A DNA stretch of 62,614 bases, filler included, from Streblomastix strix (Eukaryota): assembly GCA_008636045.1 (NCBI GenBank). It is 2 parts of 2 records of this genome, joined end to end, with 100 filler letters (N's around TTAATTAATTAA, not from the genome) between each part and the next. Parts side by side here need not be neighbours in the genome. Positions count along the whole stretch, not along the records: positions 1 to 31,298 come from SNRW01000083.1; 1 more part is not named here. One strand, written 5' to 3'. The notes under the pieces were generated by a model. The model made no database searches, was not told the origin of the DNA, and saw only the letters and a list, made by a program, of their open reading frames with translations. Each line of letters opens with the position of its first letter. Within the stretch, counting starts at the first letter, position 1. A program made the translations under genes and the position numbers. Positions 1 through 13,020 of this stretch are shown here, one piece after another.

Positions 1-3000
1 TTTTTTTATTTTTCAGTAGTTTCATTAGCATCTTCTTTTTATTTATTATCATCATGTTCGTTATCAGTATGATCCTCTTCATTTTCTTAGAATTTTTCAT
101 TTTTTCTTTTCTTTATTTAATTATCTTCATTTTTCTATAAATTATATTTATCTTAAATATTATCTTTTTCATCAATTTAATGAGTGGATTCAATTCCTAT
201 TTAATGAGGAATTTCCAATTATTAATGTTTTTTGAATTTGGTTTATACTTTCTTTTTATCATTTGTATTTTCTTTATCTTTTTATTTGGTTTTCTTTTCT
301 TTCGATTTTTTATTTATTTCCTTGTTTTTCTCTTTATCCATTTTCTTTCTTCTATTACTACTTTTATCAAACTCTTTTTCTTTTATTGATTTATCTTAGT
401 TATTATGCAGCTTAGATTTTGAGTGAATGGATGATTATGAATATGGAAACTTTGTTGGTTCAGTTAACTGGTAGAATAAAGAAGAAAAATAGAATTTAAA
501 TTTAAAATTAAATTATAAAAATAAAAATAAGATTTAAATTCAAATATAAAAATTGTTAAGACATTAATCATATTATCAATATATTAAATAATCAATTAAA
601 TATATTCTCAATCATTTCACAATCATATTTCATACTGCAGGTCCAAGCACCAACTCTGAATGATCTGTGAATCCAGTTCTCGGTCTTCCCAAACTTGTAC
701 CAGGCGAATGCAAAGGAGATGGAGTGGGACTCGTAAATGAAGAAGTAAATGATTTTTCTGATGTTGCTGATGCAGACATTCGTCCATCATATGAATGTCT
801 CCCTGTTTAGTTTCTCCTGTTTTCTTTTTCTCTTTCTCTATCACGTTCCTTTCGACCTCTTTCTTTCTCTTTCTCTTATTATTTCTGGAGTATTTCATTA
901 TATACAGCTGGTTCTAAGATAGTTGTTGATGGATTCTATACAGTTTGAGTAAATATGTCTGGTTGTGAGGTAGGAGAAGGATATCGATAAGCCAGGCTTG
1001 AAATAACAGTTTCCGGTTGTTCAATTAGTGATGCAATATCACCAGTAACAATTGAAAAGTTCGTCCCTTGTGTATTGGGACCATTGTTATTAATAGACGA
1101 ATCTAAACTCTGGATGCTTCGACCTAGACTTGAACTCCTGTCACTCGCACTGATGTTTGAACCTCGGCTCATACGACCTGATGATCCTAATATGTCTACT
1201 GCACTTCCATCATCTGTGAGTCTCTTGTGGTGAACTTATAAATCACGCTCCTCATTACCAGATTTATACTGAGAGTTTTATTTGAGCTTTTATTCTTTTT
1301 ATTATTTGCTACTTTTCTTCTCTTTGATCTTAGTTTGTGATTGTTCGATCTCTGGTTTGGTTCTGGCTGATTTTGTCAATCTTTTGATTCCCAGAACTTT
1401 TTCATTGCGTTTCAGTATTTATTCAGCATTCGTAGTAGATTTTGTCATAATCAGCATTTCTTCTTTTCTTTTAGCTTATTATTATTATTATTGATTCTAT
1501 TTTTAAATGTCATTACTACCATCAGCTGATAAAGTCGATGTTGAAAGTGTTAGAGCCAATGATGACGAAGCAGATTATTGAGAGAAGGTGGAAATAGATT
1601 TTCCTATTGAAGGTTATCCAGCTTAATTTGTTGATGCAGACCAAGTTTAGGATGTTTTTTGAATATTGTTATTAATATTATTGATGTTATTATTATTATT
1701 TAAAATATCTTATTATGCTGAAGTTGTTTGATCGGTTTTCTTTTCAGCTGAATTAAGAGTTCCTTGAAGTTGCTGATCTTTTGAAGATCTGAATTAATTA
1801 TAATTTGAGAATTAATAAATAAATAAATAAATTAAAAAAATTATGCAATTTATTATTTAAACAAAAATAAGTAATTATTACAAATGAAATAGAAATATAT
1901 CACATATCACACTTTGACAAGTTGCTTGAATGAATTGAGCCACTCTAAGCCAGCGAATGAACTTATTATGAATGCGAAGATGAAGTATTTGAGTGTTTTG
2001 TTTGATCAGATGAATCAATAGACTTTGAAAGTGATGTGCTTTAAGATTGAGCAATTTGTGCTGATTGTGAGCTTTGTTACAGACTTGACTATGGTTACTA
2101 CTACTGGTTGTTTAATGTTTTAAGTTGAGATTGCTGTTATAATGTTTGTTATGTTTATGTTTGTAATTATAATTACGGCTGGGTTAATTAAAATTAAGCT
2201 GTATTTTGTTATAAAAGAATTGGAGGACTGCTCGATTGTAAGTTTGTTTGGGCGGGTGTCAATTGTATTGTAGACTGCAAATTTTGTATGTGGATCTAAA
2301 AAAGAGGAGTATTTTCGGCAACTGTTGCATTTGGTCCATTAAGACGATGGTAGCGTTCTGAATTGAAATTGAATAAAATAACAGAGAATATAAACAGATT
2401 GAAAAAGAGTAAATAAATAAGTTAATAAATAAAAATATATCATGAGTAATATATATCAAACCATCAATAAGTCTCATCAAATCAATAAGCGCAATCCCCC
2501 GCATGAAATTCCTGTGAAATAGTCTGTATGATTCGACCTCAATAAGGAGCGCGAAGTCAATTTTGAAGAGGAACTCAAGTTCAAGGCTGTTGAACTCAGC
2601 TACGGTTATTCCTGCTACTTGTGCATAGTAACTGTTGCGATAGTGGTGATCATCGAAGAATTTAGCAGCTAGAGCTAAGCTGATAACGAACAGGCGGTGG
2701 AAATTTCGCGAACAGAGACGAGTTCCTGTGCGTGTGAGGTAGCGCGTGATGTATATACATGCATAAAGATAACAATCACGGCGACATCTCATATATTTGA
2801 TGGCTCTGTAGTATAATAAACAATGAGAACGGCAATAAAATTAAGAAAATAAATGTGAAATTATTAAAATAAATACCGTTCTATGTATTCCCTCGCTGCA
2901 ATAGTTGGAACTCGTTCAGATACAAAAGGAGAGTTTTCATCACATTAATAATTATCGTTGTCCCCCTTCATCACCTCTTTCAGAAGCTGGCGCGTGACAA

Positions 3001-3073
3001 CTTTGAAAAAAGTCTCCTCGCTCAGCTACTCTTCAGGTTCCAGTAGCTCATCTTGGGCGCTCTTATCAGTCAT
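1..3073 (-). CDS. PHO80/PCL-like (U/P-type) cyclin with a long S/Q/N/K low-complexity tail; 3' end runs off the window; at least 4 introns
   Basis: ATG at 3073 gives MTDKSAQDELLEPEE(TAG=Q)... Spliced GT-AG to AIKYMRCRRDCYLYACIYITRY...NFHRLFVISLALAAKFFDDHHYRNSYYAQVAGITVAEFNSLELEFLFKIDF, a typical PHO80-like cyclin box. The frame stays open to position 1 if TAA/TAG are Gln. Confidence 0.88.
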
Positions 3074-3644
3074 TTAAAACTACATATAAATTGAAAATAA
3101 AAGTATAGATTTATTTAATATTTAGAGGTAAAATCGAAATTTGAATTTTTTGAACTTTACGTGGTAATTTAACACGATGGCGCATGTGTTTATGTGTAAT
3201 TAACAGACCATTAATATCTAAATTTATGTGAAAGCGTAATTAATATTATGAAATAATGCATATTTGAATCTGTATATGTGAAATATTAAAGAAAACTAAT
3301 TATCTGCAAGCAGGGAGATAATATACTTATTAAGTATATAATTGGATGAATATGCAGATAAGCAGTTGAATATTCATGATGAGCTTAATACCTATTATCG
3401 CGGTCAGCAAGGCAGTTGATTTTTCTGGTAAGATATATATTGCAAATCTTCCCTGTAAATAAAGTCTTAGTCACCAAAAAATAAAAAGAATAAATATATT
3501 TATTAAAAAAATATGATAAATTAAATCGTCCCTCTTTATTGGAATAATGTGGGATGAAATACTTTTAGTCTATGTTCTGCTAACTTAGTGTTGTGAAGTG
3601 TTTTCCTTTCCCCACTGATTTTTCCATTTGTCAATAAGCTCGAT

Positions 3645-6600
3645 TCAGCGCTTGCCGCGCTTCTTCCGATCCCAGCCTTCATTAACAACCTCTGTATTTT
3701 AATTCTCATCGTTTTTCTTTCCCCTTCTTTTCCCTAATTTTGATTTCTTTGTGAATTTGATTTCATCTTTATCTTCTGAATCTGAATCATCTTCATTATC
3801 ATCATCTTATTATTATGCATTCTTATTCTTCTAATTTGCAATATTGGCCTTTTTCAGATTCTTCTTAGATGCATTTTACTATTAATTAATTTTTGAATCT
3901 TCATTAATTTGTTAATCTTAATCATCATCATCATCATCATCATCATCATTTTAATCCCAAGCTTGATTCTTACTCAATTTCTGGTCTCTGTCCTTATAAA
4001 TCCCTCTTTCATTTTACTTTTATTCATCTTTGTTCTTCTTCCAGTTCAATTTGCTCTTCCTGTCAATTCGAGATATAGGAAGTCCCAAACTAAGAAAATC
4101 TCTGACATTTATGTTGTCTTATAAATGCTTCTAAAGGTCTTCTTTTAGAATATCAGATAAAAATCTGTATCTAATGATCATCTACCATGCATCAAAGGTC
4201 ACTTTCTCATTGGGTGATATTTGCACTGTTATCGCAGCTGAGAATTTTGTCTGGTTTAATTCACTCTCTTCATGGAATTCTATTTCTTACTGTTGATATT
4301 GTTTATTAATTGATATTCCTTCATAGTCATCTTCATTATCAATATCATTATCATCATCAATATCATTATCTTATTCTTATTTATTATATTTTTATTTTTT
4401 ATTTTTCTTATTCTAATTTTTATTTGCAGTTAAAATCCAATTATCATCATCTTCATTACCATCAATTAATTACCCTTAATCTTCACCATTAAATTCATCT
4501 TCATCATTCTAATCAAAATCATCATCAATTTGATCATCATCTTCATTATCATCATATTAATCACTAAGATTATCTCTATCTTTCACAAACTCATTATTCA
4601 ACTTCAAATCTTTGATTATTTACAGCGAATACCTGAAAACGTGTCTTTATTCAGCTTTATCCTTTTTTCTCCATAGTTTATTATTTCTTCTCGTTAAAGC
4701 AGTCATCGCAACTTCACACCATTGAAGCATCTTTGATACAGTCACAACTCGTGATTATTCGATTACTGTAACAAATTAAGGAATTTTCAGGCTTGTTTGT
4801 GAAGATGAACGTTGAACTGTGTTTAAATCAGAGCTTTGAATTTATTGGTTTTGATTAGCATTAGTAATTGAAGCAGTATTTTGTTATGAATTTCCTGGAT
4901 ATTGAGTTGGAGAAGGTGGAAGTATAATTTTACTTGTTATTGGAGATTATGATTACTTCAGAAACAACTAAGGAGTATTTTAGCTTGATTTTTAAGTAGA
5001 TTCTGATTAATGCTAAACTTATGTGACAGAACGTGACTTGATTACATATGAATTGACAGATATTCCAGTAGCATTTGCATGATTTGGATGAACTGATTCA
5101 GAATAAAGTGCAATAAGCTATGCAGAAGCAATCCTTACATCTAAATTCGGATCCAGAAGTAACCTCGCGGCTAATTCTAAATATGAAGCAGCATATGGAA
5201 TGTTGATCATACCAATAGATGCAAAAATGAACGATAAACATTACAGGCATTCATACAACAGTGTTCCACGAGGTGTTGACTCTTCATTTTGGCTTGGAAG
5301 TGTGAGTTATATTGTATTACTGGTATTATATGTGTTATTTATCAATTAAGGAGATTAGGATTCACTTTTGAATATCTACAACTATGAGTTTGTTTTCTTG
5401 CTTCTAATAGAATTTGATTACTGATATTATTCTAAATTTGGACCAGCACTAACATTTGAGATTAGATTACTGTAACTTCCAACGTTGTCTAAATGCGCAA
5501 CAACAACCTATGTTGGTGATGACGCAGGAATTGGAGATGTTGAAAGCTGTTATTTAGTAACGGTGTTAATCATCTTTCCAACTTCACCAGATGTTGCAGA
5601 TGTGATTTTAGATCTGAAAGTATCGAATTGTTGTTCAATATCTGCTTGGTTGAATCTATCTGTGAAAGATGAAGGAAGTAATTGTGAAGATTGTTTGAAC
5701 GACTGTTGTTGTTATTATTATAACGAAGAAGACTAATTTTAATTCATATTTGAATATAATGTTTGGGATGTCAAAGTCTACGTTTGTGCTTTTGGTGAAG
5801 TTCCAATCGTTGTTCTAAATGGTGATGATTAGGAAGTTGAAGATGAATTAAAAATAATTGATGATGTGTTTTGTATTTAACTACTCTTTACTATGGGACT
5901 TTTGATACCATTTTCATTGTTATTTTCACTGTCAAATTCATCTAATTAACTTTTTTCTTATAAAGTTATTTCGGTTTATATTGATTATTAATTTTTATTT
6001 ATAATTTGAATTTCATTAATTTATGAATTATTTTCTTTTATTTCCATCTCAGGTTCAGCTTCAACCGCAGTCCTTGTGGTTGGCTTCAAAATTATTTAAT
6101 CATTTTAAACGATTACTGGAAAGTTGAAAATAACTGAATTTTCAATATTTGGTATTTCTAAAGTTTAATTTTATTTATTTTGAAAATATGAACTCTGATT
6201 TTGAGATTATTTCAGTTTTTCTTATTCTTCTTATATTTTTTTCTGTCTTTGTAATTCTTTTCTCTTTTGTTTCTTTGATTGGGCAGGTTTGTTTATTTCA
6301 TTTTAATTCTCATAGTTCCAATTTGAGTCTGAATTTATACTTTAATTATCAATCAGTTCAATATCATATAATTTATCTGATTTAACACTGTCTTTATCAG
6401 ATACATTAATATTACTGCTGTTATATTAATTATTCTTGTTCTTATCATTCGAATTTAAATCTTCACTCCAGGCCTAATATTAACTTTAATCTTCATTTCC
6501 CAATAAAACAGTAAAATCAATCTCTTTACAATGTTATACCATCCATCTTGTAATTATCTTAGCTATGATATCAACAACTACCGGTGCTTACTATGCTGGA

Positions 6601-7121
6601 TTTGGTAGTGTGAAAATCAATGATGTTGTTATCGCGCGAACAAAAGCTGAAATTGTTTCTAAGTCCTGATTTCGAAGTATTTGTGGTGCAATACTTTCGA
6701 GTTCTTTGAAGATGAACTAAATGTTGTCTCCTAGGACAGTGCTGATACAGGTTATGACTTCAAATGCACGAACTTGCTCCTCACTCATGCCGTGTGAGGC
6801 ACATTGCACAAGATGCTGATATATCTAATCAATGAAATCAATTAATGTATCATCATAAGTTGCTGACAAGATTACTATCTTTTTAATCCTATATAAGGCA
6901 TACATCCGCTTTTCTTCATTGCGAGCTTGAATATCATCACTGATACGGTCTCCACTATGATTCTCTATCTATAGTTCGGCATTATCATCATGCTATTCTG
7001 CTTACTTACGCTTCAATCGCGCTTTTGCTATCCTTGTCGTAGTTTTGGTTTCTTATTGTGTATTAAAGTTAAATTAAAATAATTTCACATAATAAATTCT
7101 AAAAAAAATACTTATTTTCAT
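3645..7121 (-). CDS. IFRD (interferon-related developmental regulator) family protein, about 1140 aa, with large low-complexity insertions
   Basis: N-terminal EKRMYALYRIKK...HLVQCASHGMSEEQVRAFEVITCISTVLG, central LTRRNNKLWRKKDKAEQRHVFRYSL and C-terminal VTFDAWQMIIRYRFLSDILKEDLQKHLQDNINVRDFLSLG match IFRD and IFRD_C motifs in the expected order. One short 5' intron; TGA at 3645-3647. Confidence 0.72.
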
Positions 7122-7561
7122 ATTGGATGTTCGAAAACCACAAATTATAAAATAGAATATTGAATATTTATTTTTTGCATGTTTGATCCAGTTAAATTTG
7201 TTAAATTTTGAATAAATAATGTTCTTATATATTGTATGGTATATAAAATATTTACCATTCCAAAGCAATTTTTGCTTAAACCGCAATTAGTAAAATAAAA
7301 TAAGTAAAGTTCGTACTCAGCGAGTGTAATGAGATGTGATATTAAAATTATAAAATTGGATGTGAATTTAACATGTGTGAAATTTTTATACAGCAATGAA
7401 CAAACCTCTGCTGAGCAGCATCATAGTTTGGCTTTCGCTTTGTCTGAATTCAGTGCCATTTCTTTTTCTATTTTCATTAACATTACAAATTTTAAGTTGT
7501 ATCAGTTAAAGTGTATTAATAATAACTATTGATATAAAACAAGTTAAATAATAATCAACTA

Positions 7562-9256
7562 TCATGTAGGAATGCTAATGTTCTACAGTGAAATATCATC
7601 CAGAATTTCAGCAGCATTTGAAAAGAAGTTCGCAGCGTTTTTCAATGTCCCACCTTCTTGTGATTATAAACTTGCATTTATAGCATTATTCCTCTACGCA
7701 TCTTACTAAACATCACTATTAACTACATCCCCAAGTTAACTTTCAATGTTATTTGCATTTTAATCATTAATTTCTATTTAACTATTTTAATTTTCGCTTA
7801 TCTAATGATCTATATTCAGTGCATTAGTCAACTTCTACAGATGCGCCGGTATGTCTTCAAGCTGCATATCAGGTGCATAGCCTTAATACTGCTTCGATCT
7901 TTCGACATCAGAAAGTACTTTATGTTTGAATGCTAATCCATGCATTATACTTGGTGTGAGCTAATTGTCCTTATTTTAGTTCTGCTATTCGCGAACGAGC
8001 TGGTTTTGACCCTAAGATTCAGCTATAAGCGTTGAAGCCGTGTTTGTTTTAGTCAGAAACGTGTTTTTTTGCTTAATTTGCTTGTTGTACATATAAGAAT
8101 ACAACGGTTCATGCAAACTTGATTAGAACCTCGCAATTGATTCTTAATTGCTGGATTCCCATTTCAGAGGTTTTTATACTCTGTTTCTATACTCAGATCT
8201 CCCTGTATGTATTGTTGGAGCTGCAGATAGTATCACTGGAAGCTCAATTTTGATCTGTTGTTGTTTCTGTTATTATTTGACTTTTTCTGTTTAATACTGT
8301 ATCATTCTTTCTGCATTTGGTATTTATTGATTAATATCATTCATATTATCTGGTCTATTGGAACTGAAAGGTGATGAAATGTAGTTAGCGTTTGAGTAAG
8401 AGTTTGAATTAGCGCAGTAATTTGGTGACGTGAATGATTATGATATTGTTTATTATTGCTATTGTTATTATTTTTTATAATTATCTATATCGAAATTATC
8501 AATATTCTGAACTAATCTAAATCTAGCCTTCTTCTGACTATCCAGATAAGATTAATGTGTTGTATTATTATAACCCTAATTCTAATTCTATAAGTCAACA
8601 ACTACTTATTAAGCTGGTTTTGTTATATGTCTTCCAGAGCAGTAAAATTCATCTTCAGGTTCAGATTATCCAAAAAGTTTCCTTCTGTTTAGAAGCCAGT
8701 CTATTCGTGGGAGTTTAAAAGGCACGGTAATGTTTGAAGGACCAATTATGGGGTTTAGTGTAGATTATTATTAATTGTATTATTACTATTATAATTGTTA
8801 TTGTTATTAATCTTCGCTCTGATTCAAAATTTATTCATTTAATTGTTTAGAATCTGTATTTTTATCAATGTTTTCTTCAGTGGTATCAATATTTTCACCT
8901 CTGAACCGCATAACTCTGTCTATATCAGCAGCAGCTGCAGCAGAGCCCCAAATGCTGCCATTATGCGAAGGGAGGAGCTGCTTCAGTTTGTTGTGACCGA
9001 GATGCAACCTTCCTGCTTCTCGTTCTCGAAATTATTAAACATTCTCAGAGCTTTCAAATGCATCTTCGTGAGTTAAAGAATCTGTTTTTCTGGGAGAATG
9101 CACATTATCTGATGACTTAGAATATTAGCCTGTAAATAAATTCTTCTTCTTTTGTCTTTTTTCAATAAGTCGCTTTCTGTCATCAATTTCTTCAATAAGA
9201 GGTTAGGATGAAGAAAATAGGCTGCTATATTGTAACTTTTCTGAATTGCCAGCCAT
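7562..9256 (-). CDS. Hypothetical Q/N-rich protein, about 565 aa, single coding exon
   Basis: ATG 9256 (MAGNSEKLQY...) to TGA 7562-7564. The frame is consistent at the lines spot-checked under table 6. No family recognised. Confidence 0.7.
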
Positions 9257-9747
9257 TAATTTTTCTTAATTTGCTGGTAAAAAAAGAAAATAAAAATAAT
9301 TTACAAATAAAAGAGAAGTAAAAGATTAAAAATATCGTATATTATATCAGAAATATAGAACTAAAAATATAGAATTAAAATTTATATTAAAATTATTGAT
9401 TTAAAATATGTATTGGAAGAAATAGCAAAAATCACTTTCAAATGCTTATTTCTCATGAATGGAAAAGAAAATTTTATAAATTTGATAAATATTGTAAAAA
9501 GTAATATATTAAATGAAAAAGGGATATAGTATAGAAAAATAAAGACAAACAACCAGCTTGAGCTCCAAACCTCTTTTATGCAATTTTCAGAATAAAAGGA
9601 AATTTCGATAGGATAATGAATTAATGGTTTGTTCTTTATTTTAATTCCAACATTTATAGTATAACCTTGATAAATCTTATTTTCTAGATAACTCCTCATA
9701 CAAATTCTTTGAAAAAAAAGTGGGTTGATATAAAATGATCGATTGAA

Positions 9748-12367
9748 TCAATTTGGATTTAGCGGATGGGCTGGAAATTGTCTGACATAATCTGAAAATG
9801 TTAATAATATAAATATATATTAAAATCCTTTAAAATATTAAATAATCAATAATATAGCTAACTTTCAATCTTAAGTTTCAAGTCTACATTAGGAACTAAG
9901 ACATTTGTAAGTGGCTTTTGATTTTTGGTGCTGATTGGATTAACTCTCATCTCTCTTAAAATTGACTCCCTTTCATAAGTGAATCCATCAGATGCGTAAA
10001 CAGGATCAGTCATCAGCTTAATTTATATTTAAATGCGAAAAAATAAAAATATTAATAAAAAATTTATTTAACGAATAAATAGATATATAAATTTAAAGTA
10101 TCTAATATAAAAATTTAATTTATTTTAATTTGTTTGTTCATTAAATTATTATATTTTCCAATAATTATTATATACCGTTCCTGTAAGTGGGCAAACGAAA
10201 CCCAATTTCTGAGCAGCTTCAGCAGTTCCCATCTCAGGACCATATGCAATCTACAGTTGGCCTAAATCATTAAAATAATATATTAATATATAATTATATT
10301 AATAAATAATTATTTTATTAAATAGTATAAAAACGTAATAATTAATATAAATAAATAAATAAATTATTAAATCATTTAATTTTAACACAAAATTTAAATT
10401 TAATTATTTTATATTGCCTTATTAAATATTAACTCCTCCTTTTGATTAGATCTTAAGTCTTGTGGTTTCAGTTTATAGATTCGGAATTTTCAGGTTTTAT
10501 AAGGTAGAAAAGCCTCGTGGAATAATTATCTGCTATTTTGGTAACGAATTCATTTAATTAGAAGAAGATGATGATGAATATTATGATTGATTTGTCATTA
10601 GGTTTTGAAAACGTTGCTGGTTTGGATAGCGGTAAAAATGTGTAAATTTAATGATAATGAAATTAAATTTAAAAAAGATTTAATAATAAATTTTTTATAT
10701 ATCAATTAAATCATTAATTAAATATATTTATTATATATAATATCATACTTAGAATTGTACATATTTTTTGACATTCTTACTTGGTTGGCGCCATTATAAA
10801 TCAGTAATACCAAATAATTGCATATAATGAGCAAAAGAACCTTCAGCACTATTGACATTACCTCGGCTAAGATAAACTGCACGAATCTGTTTCATATTAC
10901 AAAATAATTTATTATTGTTATTAAATATAATAATAAAAAACTTATTAATTTCTTTATTCAAAATATTAATACATTGAATTAATATTTATAAATAATAGTT
11001 ATAATAGTAATTACATGTTATCTAACCTCGCAAAGTAACCCTGTTTTCTTTTGCTGTGCTTCGGATACAGATAAAATTACTAATTTACTTGAAATTTAAG
11101 CCATCTGAGCTTGAGACTTTGTCATTTGCTAAAATTTCATCTATTTTATATGAAAAAATATGAATTATAATAAATAATAATATGAAATATATTAAATTAA
11201 TTAATTATATGTTATTTATAGTTTACAAAAATGAAGTTTAAAAAATAAAACTAAATTAAACTTCTTCATTCATTTTAGCAGCAATTTATAGACTTTAAAA
11301 CAATTCATTATGCTCTCTAGAAACAACAAGATATATAGCTTCGTTCTGAATTTTCTGTTACATATTGAATAATGAAAATAATCAAAGTAAAATAATAAAA
11401 TATTTTTTAAAATAATAAATAAAATATCTTTTTTAAATATAAAAATATAAATAAAATATACTCCTTCTTCTCCAAATCCAATTGTTTTCATCCAAGGACT
11501 ACTTTTCGGAGTGAAAGTTGCCATTCCACTGAAACTTTAAGTAGGATCTTGCAATACCTGAAATTCTGAAATATATCCAACCATTATTTATTAATGCATC
11601 TATTAGTTTATTTAAATAAAATTTATATATTTGTAAATAAAAAAGAAAAGTTTATATATAATATTAATAATTAAAAATAGTATTTAATGATATATTTCAT
11701 ACATGATACATTTTATCAAAATATATTTAAGGTGATTGATTCTTATCTTCAAAGATGAGATGGTAAAACATTGGATATGTAAGAGTATAATCATAAAACT
11801 CAGGATTATTAGCTGCAACCAGATTGAAAGCAAGATTAAATTCTAAAATTGAATATATAATATAAAAATATATTGAATAAATTAAGAATATATTATAAAA
11901 TTATTAAATTCTAAACAAAAAATATGGAAAAACAAACAGAAATATACAAGTCTCAATCGTATTGAAGCTTCTGCGTTAATCTACAACTTACCTTCATATG
12001 TATAAAACGTATTGGCATCAAAGTAAACATCAACTTCAGAATATTCATCTTCTGCATTATGTGTCGCAAAATGCATTTTAAGAACATTATTTTGTATGTC
12101 GGCCACTGTCCCATTCCATAAAACAAGTTTGCCTGAAAGGGGTGCATACCTCTATTACATTTGAGAATTATCAAAATATGCTGAACAATGTCGAATGTAG
12201 TCGCCAAGGCAGTAAATTGGATTCGTTGAAGCTGTAGCGATCGGCGCTTATGACATTTTTAATGCGTTAGCTGGTCCAAAGCCAGAAGTTATCATTCCTA
12301 GTGTTGAGTATATTGGATTTTTGTTGTAAAACATCGAGCGTCTCGAAATTGATGAATTGCCTAACAT
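9748..12367 (-). CDS. Multi-exon protein with a C-terminal U-box (putative E3 ubiquitin ligase)
   Basis: Spliced C-terminus GFVCPLTGT|LMTDPVYASDGFTYERESI...LVPNVDLKLKIENYVRQFP...* (TGA 9748-9750) matches the U-box consensus. ATG 12367 (MLGNSSISRR). Confidence 0.82.
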
Positions 12368-12399
12368 TTTTATTCTTTGATTCTTCTTTTTATTTACAG

Positions 12400-12777
12400 A
12401 TTAAAATTCTCTGCTAATATTTGGGCATGTGGAATAATAATATATGAACTATTAGCACACAAACATCCATTCGATCTTGGCTAGGTATATATTTTTTTAA
12501 TTTTTAAATTAAATTGCAACTCTCAGCAGTGCGTATATATTTATTATACATAAAAATGCAATGAATTTATATGAGTCATTGATCTTCATAGCTAATGCTG
12601 ATAAATTCATTTTATAAATCAATTGGCGAACACATGTACCGCTAACGAAATATATTCAGAAAAATCCGTCTTTTTTTTTTATTTTCTTTCATATTTAAAT
12701 ATAATCCTGGTAAGTGCATTACAGTTGAATAGATAATGAAAGTTCAAGAATTTATTACAAGCCTAGCAAAGTAATGA
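12400..12777 (+). pseudogene. Orphan 3' fragment of a Ser/Thr (NEK-like) kinase
   Basis: Exon ttacag|...|gtata encodes LKFSANIWACGIIIYELLAHKHPFDLG (subdomain IX, with D to N). A later stretch reads NPGKCITVEQIMKVQEFITSLAKQ* (decayed subdomain XI). There is no room for upstream exons. Confidence 0.65.
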
Positions 12778-13020
12778 GCGTTTGAATACATCATACAAAT
12801 GATGTATTAATACACATAAAATAATCAGAATTTGCAAATTTATCACTTTTCTATTTTGCTCTGTAATAAGATAATGAAATGGATGTTTAAAAAGTTGAAT
12901 ATAAGAGAGAAATAAAAAAGAAGATTCAAAATCAATGTTCATATCAACTATTCAACAATTATTACATTTCCATCATTTCCATATTATTCCTTCTCTCTAT
13001 ATTTCTTTCTTTCTTTCTTT

